From Candidatus Poribacteria bacterium (GTDB taxonomy: Bacteria; Poribacteria; WGA-4E; UBA9662), in the NCBI GenBank assembly GCA_036339735.1, contig JAYZAL010000080.1, positions 1 to 27,084 of the forward strand: a stretch of DNA of 27,084 nucleotides, written 5' to 3'. Positions 18,682-25,968 of this stretch are shown here, in pieces. A program made the position numbers and the translations under genes. Within the stretch, counting starts at the first letter, position 1, and every line of letters starts with the position of its first letter. A model generated the notes under the pieces. The model made no database searches and was not told the origin of the DNA. It worked only from the letters and a program-made list of their open reading frames with translations.

Positions 18682-19116
18682 CTAAACTGATTCGTTTGTT
18701 ATTTGGCTGGTACAACTGGGACAACTTCCGAATAACTGTAATTTACCGTCTGAAATTTGAAAGCCAGTCTGTTCGACCACTTCACATTCTAAATCTTGTA
18801 ACTGGCTGACCTCCACATCAGCAATTTTGTGACATGAGGTACACAAGATGTGATAATGTTTGTCCATTCGGCTATCGAAATATTTAGTTCCATGATGGCC
18901 AATAGACTTAATCAGTTGGAGTTCCTCGAGTAAATTCAAGTTTCGATAAACTGTGCCTAAGCTGATATTTGGCTTCTTTTTTCTAACTCGATTAAATACT
19001 TGCCTTGCGCTTAGGTGAGCAGGCCTTTTTGTCAAAATTTCCAGAATCAGTTGACGTTGAGTCGATTTTCGGTAAACTTTTTTCTTCTTTGCACTTTTTT
19101 TCAACTGGGTATTCAT
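18682..19116 (-). CDS. Fur-family metalloregulator, PerR-like
   Basis: STQR, HLSA, SLGTVYRNL, FD..HYHILCTSC..IAD and GSCPSC motifs; AGGAG RBS. Confidence 0.92.
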   Translation of the reverse strand: MNTQLKKSAKKKKVYRKSTQRQLILEILTKRPAHLSARQVFNRVRKKKPNISLGTVYRNLNLLEELQLIKSIGHHGTKYFDSRMDKHYHILCTSCHKIADVEVSQLQDLECEVVEQTGFQISDGKLQLFGSCPSCTSQITNESV

Positions 19117-19151
19117 AACTTTTCACACTCCTTGATAGTAATGAATCGATC

Positions 19152-19910
19152 CTAGCATGGCATAACCAATGGACGCCCACTCGAATGGGACAAAATTTCG
19201 AAAGGGAGCTGATATACATCTTCTAGTTGACTGGCTTTGAATACTTGTTCGGGTGGCCCAACATCAATAATATGACCTTGATGTAACATGATTACTTGAT
19301 CAGCAAATAGCGATGCCAAATTCAGATCATGCATAGCTGCAATAACCAACCGGTTTCCTGCAACTAGCGTGCGACAAAGCTTTAATATCCGGATCTGATG
19401 TCTTGGGTCTAAATGATTTGAGGGCTCATCTAAAAGAAGCAAGTCTGTTTCTTGTGTAATTGTTCTAGCCATATCAACTCGGCTTGCTTCTCCCCCTGAC
19501 AGAGTCGGATAAACTCGATCTGAAAAGTGTTCAGACTCCAATTTTTTTAATGAATCAAGTGCCTTACGTCTGTCTTGTTCTCCTTCTTTCACTCCATTTA
19601 AGTAAGGCGTTCGACCTAGCAAAACTATCTCAAGAACTTGGAAAGGGAATTCAACTTGTCTTTGTTGCAGCAGATAAGCTCTCTTTTTAGCTAACTCGAT
19701 TTCCGAATAATGATTTAGTTTTTTTTCATCTAGGCAAATAAAACCCGTGGAAGGCTGTATATCACGAGCCAAGAGATTTAAAAGTGTACTTTTGCCAGCG
19801 CCATTAGGACCAACTAACGCCCAAAACTTGCCTCGATCAATATTCAAATCAATTTGTTGAAGCAAATACTTCTGACCTAATTGAAAACTCAAGTCTCGTA
19901 CCTTAATCAT
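19152..19910 (-). CDS. hmuV: Haem ABC transporter ATPase
   Basis: GPNGAGKST, FPFQVLEIVLLGR, YPTLSGGE, LLLDEP and HDLNLA motifs. Confidence 0.9.
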   Translation of the reverse strand: MIKVRDLSFQLGQKYLLQQIDLNIDRGKFWALVGPNGAGKSTLLNLLARDIQPSTGFICLDEKKLNHYSEIELAKKRAYLLQQRQVEFPFQVLEIVLLGRTPYLNGVKEGEQDRRKALDSLKKLESEHFSDRVYPTLSGGEASRVDMARTITQETDLLLLDEPSNHLDPRHQIRILKLCRTLVAGNRLVIAAMHDLNLASLFADQVIMLHQGHIIDVGPPEQVFKASQLEDVYQLPFEILSHSSGRPLVMPC

Positions 19911-19919
19911 ATCAGGTGA

Positions 19920-19946
19920 AAATGATATTGAGTCTCACTCTCATTT
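19920..19946. promoter_or_regulatory. Fur-box-like operator upstream of hmuV
   Basis: Imperfect 27-bp palindrome AAATGA-TAT-TGAGTCTCA-CTC-TCATTT, 9 bp from the hmuV start codon. Confidence 0.7.
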
Positions 19947-19980
19947 GATGGGGTAAATAAGAATGAAACTAATTAAATTT

Positions 19981-20018
19981 AACCAAATCTCCGTTAATAT
20001 AAAAACGGAGATTTGGTT
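19981..20018. terminator. Strong hairpin/terminator after the DUF4856-like gene
   Basis: Perfect 15-bp inverted repeat AACCAAATCTCCGTT/AACGGAGATTTGGTT, 14 bp after the stop codon. Confidence 0.8.
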
Positions 20019-20032
20019 TTCGCGATTGGAAA

Positions 20033-21352
20033 CTACCACTTAGCGACATTTTCAGCGGAAAAGCCACAAGCTGTTTGCAGGACCTGCTTGGCTCGTTTAT
20101 AGTTAGCTACTGTTTGATCATATTCAGCAGAACCCGGTTTGGCATAAGAGGGAGATTTACCCATAATGCCATGTAGTTCAGCTAAGTTACCATCAGTAAC
20201 CTTTTTGAAGGGACTGTACTGTAAAGCAACAGTAAATCCTTTCATTTCTGCCCAGTGCTTATTCAAGTCTTTCTTATTTTCATCAGCTGTACCAAGTTTA
20301 GACATATCAGCCAAGGTATCATTAATGTAATGGACCACAGTGGCAGCGATGACTTTCTCCATACCGGCAGCAGCGATCTCACGTTGAGCGGCAACCTGAT
20401 TGATATCACCTTCGCCAGCGATAATAGCACGACCAGTCACGAAAGCTTGGAAAATGTCTTTGGTGAGGTCGATGCCTGATCCACCCTTGTCACGTTTACC
20501 AGCATTACGAGATAAACCGAAGTTATATTCTGACTTGAAATCAATTTTACCATCACCATTGGAATCTCTGGAAAAATCAGCTGGGGTTTTGCCTGCTAGT
20601 TGAGCATCCGAATAACTTAGGTAGTCTCTGGCGGCTCCAAAATAACCAAAAGCCTCATCCCACTTATGTTCCATCGCAGTATAAGTTTTTGCTGGATCGT
20701 CCTTATATTGTTTGGCATTATCTTGCTCCAGAATACCATTCAGATAAACTCCAGTGCTTTGGTAATAGTGAACTGCACCAACTAAGACTTTGTTAATCAT
20801 TTGGCTGAGGTCGACACCATTTTCGTCTGTGTAAGCAGCCGCCGTACCCAGTTTGGATGAATCTTTACAATTTTCAGCTATGGTTCGGAACCACTCTTGT
20901 ACTAGAGCGTCAGCCGGCTTCCCGTAACCGATAACTGGATCTGCAGAGATTTTTCCTTTTAGATTTTTTCCAGTAGAAATTTTGCTGTAGGCGTCAGCCA
21001 CCAATGGAGTTCCGCCTGCAGTTGTGAGCGTCTTCATGTTGGAAGCATCTTTGTGATCGTATAACGCATTGAAGTCGTTTGCAGTTAAGGCTTTAGCACC
21101 TGATTTGCCTACGCTGTCAGTCTTAATCTTAAGGTCTTGCCACAATAAATTCCGAACGGTCTGGCCCGAGTAAGAAACGCTACTTTTACCTTCTATAAAC
21201 CGGCTATCAAAGGTGTAAGCAGTTGGCACTTCAATAGCTACTTCTTCATCTTCTGTATCTTCTTCGTCATCTCCACAGCCAACCATAAAAAGTAAGCTAC
21301 AAGCCATTAACAAAACGGCTATCCAGTGATTTGAATCACCTCTTTGGTACAT
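20033..21352 (-). CDS. DUF4856-like (imelysin-related) lipoprotein
   Basis: Lipobox MVGC followed by an acidic stretch; PTAYTF..SSVSYSGQT.R, YTAMEHKWDEAFGYFG and HWAEMKGF motifs; AGGAG RBS. Confidence 0.8.
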   Translation of the reverse strand: MYQRGDSNHWIAVLLMACSLLFMVGCGDDEEDTEDEEVAIEVPTAYTFDSRFIEGKSSVSYSGQTVRNLLWQDLKIKTDSVGKSGAKALTANDFNALYDHKDASNMKTLTTAGGTPLVADAYSKISTGKNLKGKISADPVIGYGKPADALVQEWFRTIAENCKDSSKLGTAAAYTDENGVDLSQMINKVLVGAVHYYQSTGVYLNGILEQDNAKQYKDDPAKTYTAMEHKWDEAFGYFGAARDYLSYSDAQLAGKTPADFSRDSNGDGKIDFKSEYNFGLSRNAGKRDKGGSGIDLTKDIFQAFVTGRAIIAGEGDINQVAAQREIAAAGMEKVIAATVVHYINDTLADMSKLGTADENKKDLNKHWAEMKGFTVALQYSPFKKVTDGNLAELHGIMGKSPSYAKPGSAEYDQTVANYKRAKQVLQTACGFSAENVAKW

Positions 21353-21413
21353 TACTCTATACTCCTACGTGTTTTTATTTATAATAAATGTTTAAGAGTC
21401 ATTGCCAAAAATC

Positions 21414-21443
21414 TTGACAATCACATCAAATATTGGTTAAGTT
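21414..21443 (+). promoter_or_regulatory. Putative sigma70 promoter of the candidate sRNA
   Basis: TTGACA (21414-21419), 18-bp spacer, TAAGTT (21438-21443). The predicted +1 at ~21450 coincides with the first base of the fold. Confidence 0.5.
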
Positions 21444-21449
21444 TGAACT

Positions 21450-21605
21450 GAAAAGGCATCCTAAAACAGAATAGGCCCACATTCTACTAACAATAGAATG
21501 ACTAGGTTCAATTTTGTCTGCTCTATTAGCAGAAAATATAGTTACTACTTGCAATTTGGCAGTTGAGAGAAATAACTATATTTTCAGGGATGCTTTTTCT
21601 TTTTC
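21450..21605 (+). ncRNA. Candidate structured small RNA (four helices, no family recognised)
   Basis: Closing stem 21450-21461/21588-21599, three internal hairpins, G-U pairs that form only on the + strand, an upstream promoter and a 3' U-tract. Confidence 0.55.
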
Positions 21606-21646
21606 TGGGTTTAATCTAATTATTTATAAATAATTCTCCTTTTTGG

Positions 21647-24163
21647 TTAGATCTTGCACCGGATCCCAAGATTGATCTGTCTTCTAGGACCTACTAGAAT
21701 ACCGGAACTCAAATTCGCCTGTGGCTGGCCAGGGTTTGAATGTAAACGAGAGCCAATATAAATTTCATCTAACAAATTCTTACCAGTAACAAAAAATTGC
21801 CAATCATTAGACAAAGCATAATCGAGACTGGCATTTAAAATTGAATAGGATGGAATCGGTCCCATGTCGCCCCGATTAGCAGTTTTAGCTGTGTTCTCAA
21901 AATCGGTGAATACCTGATCCACAAACTTCATATCAGCTCTCATTCGTAGTTTTTTTCCTACTTTCTTACTGAGCCCAATGATGATTGTGTGTGGGGGAGC
22001 GTATGGTAATTGGTTACCAGTCAGATCAATTTCTTGTCCAGCTGCAATTGCAGATCGAACTAGGCCACTCTTAATCTCAGTTTGTAGAAAAGTGTAAGAT
22101 AAATTAAGATCAGGTAATACAGTTTTCCAAACGCTAGGTTGTAATACTGTACCCAGTTCCAGACCATAGGTATCTACTTTTCCTAGGTTTTTAAAAGCCG
22201 TACCCCGACCTGCAGCCACTAAGTCGTTAATTTTGATCCAGAACCCAGAGGTTTCTAATGTCAACCAGGGTCGCGAAAACCTAGTTCCTATTTCTAGATT
22301 CCAACTGGTCTCAGCTTTCAAATCTAATCCACCGGATTCAATATCTTGACCAAAATTAGTCACTTTCAAAGCACCACTAGACGGAGGAGTGTAACCACGA
22401 TGCAAACCCATGAATAAGTTAAAAGGCGTTAGATCATAGTTGAAACCAAGACCCGGCAGTAGAACTGCCGAAACTTTATCGGCCAAGATCGCCCCTTTCA
22501 GTCTATCTACCCGCTCTTGTTCAAATATCTCAAATCGAAGACCTGGTGTCATCGTTAGTCGCCCCCACCCTATTTCTTCTTTGGCGTGGAGCGCTAAAGC
22601 CATGGTTTCGTAGTGATGACTCTGACCAACAATCTTGACCGGATCATTTTCATCGCCTGGCACACCAGTATAGTAAATACCTTCTCTGGCTGAAGGAGAG
22701 TTTCCAACTTTTTTATCATCGATAAATCGCTCCCAATGGACGCGACCACCAATTTCAGCAGTAGCCTGATATTGACCAATTTTATGTGAGTACGTGTAGG
22801 CACGTTCAATCCCACCAGTGTAAAATGTTCTCAGAATACCAAAGTTATCTTTCCCCCCACCGGTCCGAACCAAATCGCCTGATTGAAAGTAAGGAATAGG
22901 TTTCTTAGAGTTGCTATCTAAATCTGCAGGTCGGACAAAAATATCATCTTCACGCCACCATCGACGATCAAAAAGATTCGCATAAAGCGTTGTATGAGAA
23001 ACTAGGCTGTCGCTGTGCTTTTTACTGTAAATGACATCCAAAGCTGGGCGAAAAATCTTAAAATTATCGTCCGCCTTTGGGTTAAAATCAGGCGTATTCT
23101 CAAAAGAATACTCGGTCAATCCTGTGTAAGTAGCATTTGAATCTTCGTAGTTAGTATTAGCTTTAACATAGAGCTGATTTGACTGACCTAAATCCAACTG
23201 GGTTTTGAGCGTCGCGTTAATTTGGTTGAAAGCGTTATTTTGTCGAAAACCATCCCCACCTTTGTAAAGTATTTGCAGATCGGATTGAGAACTCCCCACT
23301 CCAAAACCTCTCAACTCAGTAAGAATACCGCGATACCGATTACTACCAGCCGTCAATTTAAAATTCAGACTTTTAGTTCCGTCTGGGCGATCTGTAATAT
23401 AATTAATGACACCTCCCATCGTCTGTGGGCCAAAGCGAATAGCTGAACTTCCCTTGACTACTTCTACTGCATTAATTCGGTCAGCTGGGGGATTGTAGTA
23501 CACATTCGGATAAACATAAACAGCTGGTTGAATAGGGACTCCATCTTCCAGGATTAGGACTCGAGAACTACGTCGTGGGTTTAAACCCCGAATGCCAATG
23601 CTGAGCCGAGAATTGCCAAAACCGTCGTCTGCATAACCAGTTATTCCGGGTACTAGTTCTAACAATTCCTGTGTACCAATTGGTTGAATCAACTCAACTG
23701 ATTCAGAACTAATTTTGGTAGCCGTACCAGTCAACTGCTTGCTGACTGTTGACGATTCTCCAATAATTACCACTGGAGAAAGCTGGATTAACTCCTTGTC
23801 CAGTTTTATTTTGAGTACATCATCACCATTCGATTGAAGATCGAGTGATCGACTGTATTCATTGTATCCAGCTGCAGATACCAATATTTGGCATTCGCCA
23901 GTTTCAAGTTGAAGCAAGCGAAATTGACCATTCCCGTCTGTTGTTGCCGAGGTAGAAAATTCACCGTTAGTCAAAGCTTTGACTGTAACTCCGGCGAGAG
24001 GTTTTTGGCTATTTTGGTCTATGACTATTCCATTTAGAGAAACAGGAGAGACTAAAGAAGTTGATACCGATTTATCAGCTTCGGCTACCAAATTAGCCCC
24101 TATCAGCGATAAAATCAAAAACGTAGTAAGTCTAACATGAGTCAACATATTCGATAGTTCCAT
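21647..24163 (-). CDS. TonB-dependent receptor, FecA-like, with an N-terminal carboxypeptidase-regulatory-like domain
   Basis: IGIRGLNPRRSSRVLILEDGVP, VEVVKGSSAIRFGPQTMGGVINYIT, HRGYTPP and AETSWNLEIG motifs. The real start is probably 24163 or 24148 rather than 24343. Confidence 0.9.
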   Translation of the reverse strand: MELSNMLTHVRLTTFLILSLIGANLVAEADKSVSTSLVSPVSLNGIVIDQNSQKPLAGVTVKALTNGEFSTSATTDGNGQFRLLQLETGECQILVSAAGYNEYSRSLDLQSNGDDVLKIKLDKELIQLSPVVIIGESSTVSKQLTGTATKISSESVELIQPIGTQELLELVPGITGYADDGFGNSRLSIGIRGLNPRRSSRVLILEDGVPIQPAVYVYPNVYYNPPADRINAVEVVKGSSAIRFGPQTMGGVINYITDRPDGTKSLNFKLTAGSNRYRGILTELRGFGVGSSQSDLQILYKGGDGFRQNNAFNQINATLKTQLDLGQSNQLYVKANTNYEDSNATYTGLTEYSFENTPDFNPKADDNFKIFRPALDVIYSKKHSDSLVSHTTLYANLFDRRWWREDDIFVRPADLDSNSKKPIPYFQSGDLVRTGGGKDNFGILRTFYTGGIERAYTYSHKIGQYQATAEIGGRVHWERFIDDKKVGNSPSAREGIYYTGVPGDENDPVKIVGQSHHYETMALALHAKEEIGWGRLTMTPGLRFEIFEQERVDRLKGAILADKVSAVLLPGLGFNYDLTPFNLFMGLHRGYTPPSSGALKVTNFGQDIESGGLDLKAETSWNLEIGTRFSRPWLTLETSGFWIKINDLVAAGRGTAFKNLGKVDTYGLELGTVLQPSVWKTVLPDLNLSYTFLQTEIKSGLVRSAIAAGQEIDLTGNQLPYAPPHTIIIGLSKKVGKKLRMRADMKFVDQVFTDFENTAKTANRGDMGPIPSYSILNASLDYALSNDWQFFVTGKNLLDEIYIGSRLHSNPGQPQANLSSGILVGPRRQINLGIRCKI

Positions 24164-24185
24164 GATTCCTGTAGTTAATTGAGGT

Positions 24186-24410
24186 TTAGAATCGTTGAGG
24201 ATTATCATCATCTGATGCTCCCTTTGCAGAGGCGTTTGGCGCACCCGAAACAGTCGGGGCAATCTCAATAAAATTACTGTTAGCATAGCTTCCCTTGTCT
24301 TCACCACCATCCTGTTGTGGCTCAAGAATAGGATCGCTTTCACAACTCGAAAAAATGAGCACCGCAGAAGATAAAACCAAAACCAGTATGACTAAATATG
24401 TTTTTTTCAT
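24186..24410 (-). CDS. Small hypothetical lipoprotein
   Basis: MKK, a hydrophobic stretch and lipobox FSSC; low-complexity acidic mature part; ends just before the likely receptor start. Confidence 0.75.
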   Translation of the reverse strand: MKKTYLVILVLVLSSAVLIFSSCESDPILEPQQDGGEDKGSYANSNFIEIAPTVSGAPNASAKGASDDDNPQRF

Positions 24411-24463
24411 TAATTCTTACACCTAAACTACTTGAGCGATTAATCTTAAAGAGATTCAACTCT

Positions 24464-24488
24464 AACGAAAATGAGTCTCAGTTGCATC
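24464..24488. promoter_or_regulatory. Fur-box-like operator upstream of the small lipoprotein/TonB-dependent receptor
   Basis: AACGAAAA-TGAGTCTCA-GTTGCATC; same 9-bp core (24472-24480) as the hmuV site. Confidence 0.6.
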
Positions 24489-24511
24489 ACAAAAACACAC
24501 GTACTAGCCGT

Positions 24512-24530
24512 CTTGACCTCTGAGGTCAAG
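24512..24530. promoter_or_regulatory. Perfect 9-1-9 palindrome, candidate operator
   Basis: CTTGACCTC-T-GAGGTCAAG. Confidence 0.45.
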
Positions 24531-24577
24531 TCTAACATTCAACTTTTCTTTCATCATCATTGAATCTTTACTGTTTC

Positions 24578-25966
24578 TTATAGGGAATTCAGAAATGACA
24601 GCAAACTGTCGCGATCTGATTTTGATAAGGACATAAAGTTTCGTCTAGAACGTTCAGCTTCACCACCATGCCATAAGATTGCTTCCTGCAGATTTCTTGC
24701 GCGGCCATCATGCAAAAAGAACGTGTGGCCGTTAACTACACGAACAAGCCCAATCCCCCAGAGCGGAGGTGTTCTCCACTCTCTTCCGTTGGCTAAAAAT
24801 TCTGGGCGATTATCAGCCAGACCTTCTCCCATATCGTGGAGTAATAAATCAGTGAAGGGATAAATTTCCTGTTGGGATAAAGCCTCAACTGTAGGATGAT
24901 TTCCAGTTTTAAAATTTGGCCGATGACAATTGACACATCCGATTTTCTCAAATAATAGTTGACCTGAGATGACTTTTGGGTCATCCCAATTACGTTGTGC
25001 AGGTACAGCTAGAGTCTGTAGATAAAAAGTGATCTTCTGTAAAAAAGAGTCGCTTAGCTCCGGCTTACCACCACTAATCACTTGCTTGTGTGAGTCGTTC
25101 TGGCTAATCCAGTTCTCAACTGGCAAAGTACTACTTGTAATACCAATATCATTTAAGAAAGCACTGGCAGCCTGTTGCAACAGGTTTGGCTGCCCAGCTT
25201 TCCAGCCAAACCTGCCAACTGTAATTTGACCCGATCTTAGATCCGGGACCCAATTTGCCCGCCCAGAAATACCATCTTTGTCCCGATCATCGGCATCAGC
25301 CCAGTCCAAAATAAGAGATTCGGGTATCGCCTCTAGAAGACCTAATCCGTAAACAGCTTGGGCTACTCGCCCCGAGAACATGACATCATCCCCAAGATCT
25401 CCGTAAGCTAACTCTTCAAATTGATAATTAGGTTGTCTCAGAGTGAAAGATTCACCATCCGGGAAATTACCAGTGGTTTGTGTATAGTTGATAGCAACCT
25501 GCCCCTCCGGTTGAAATCCGATAATGGCTTGCTCATTAAATTGTTCGCCATAAAAAGGATGTGGTACGGGTTCGCCATCTGAGTCTTTTGTACTCAGACG
25601 AACCAGCATGGATTTTAACCGATCGCTAGTCTTCGTTGGTGGTTGCCCCCTACCATCTTTCAGGTGACAGCCTGAACATGAACTCCGATTAAATAGTGGC
25701 CCCAACCCGTCAAAGCTATCGACAGAGGCTGGAGCATTAATCCACTGGGTATTAAATAATCGATTGCCAAAAGTAAATTGGCGTAGTTGGTGCACGGGTA
25801 GGTTTTGAGCCGGCTGACTAAAGGCGCGACTACCATTACTGACTACAGTAGTTTTCCCTCCGAGCAGTGGCGAAGTCGGATACGAATCGACTGCCAGACA
25901 AAAAAGGGCTACGAGGGAAAAATGAAAAAATATTTGAAGAATAGGATACTTGGTGTATGACATCAA
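24578..25966 (-). CDS. Di-haem oxidoreductase (DHOR/DUF1111 family)
   Basis: Two CxxCH motifs (CSGCH, CVNCH), DGLGPLFN, GLGLLEAI, DGISGR, GRFGWKA, WRTPPLWG and LHDGRAR..AILWHGGE. Confidence 0.92.
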   Translation of the reverse strand: MMSYTKYPILQIFFHFSLVALFCLAVDSYPTSPLLGGKTTVVSNGSRAFSQPAQNLPVHQLRQFTFGNRLFNTQWINAPASVDSFDGLGPLFNRSSCSGCHLKDGRGQPPTKTSDRLKSMLVRLSTKDSDGEPVPHPFYGEQFNEQAIIGFQPEGQVAINYTQTTGNFPDGESFTLRQPNYQFEELAYGDLGDDVMFSGRVAQAVYGLGLLEAIPESLILDWADADDRDKDGISGRANWVPDLRSGQITVGRFGWKAGQPNLLQQAASAFLNDIGITSSTLPVENWISQNDSHKQVISGGKPELSDSFLQKITFYLQTLAVPAQRNWDDPKVISGQLLFEKIGCVNCHRPNFKTGNHPTVEALSQQEIYPFTDLLLHDMGEGLADNRPEFLANGREWRTPPLWGIGLVRVVNGHTFFLHDGRARNLQEAILWHGGEAERSRRNFMSLSKSDRDSLLSFLNSL

Positions 25967-25968
25967 AG

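Noticed and set aside
21450-21605. Cobalamin riboswitch or tRNA
   Set aside because: No B12 box or tRNA D/T-loop consensus is visible, and G-U polarity favours the strand opposite to the flanking genes.
16059-21670. Both TonB-dependent receptors lack a terminal Phe (…LSLIR, …IRCKI)
   Set aside because: The alternating final beta-strand is intact and such variation is known, so this is insufficient to claim altered BAM recognition.
24164-24343. N-terminal extension of the FecA-like receptor ORF
   Set aside because: It overlaps the small lipoprotein gene, and the signal peptide begins after 24163/24148.
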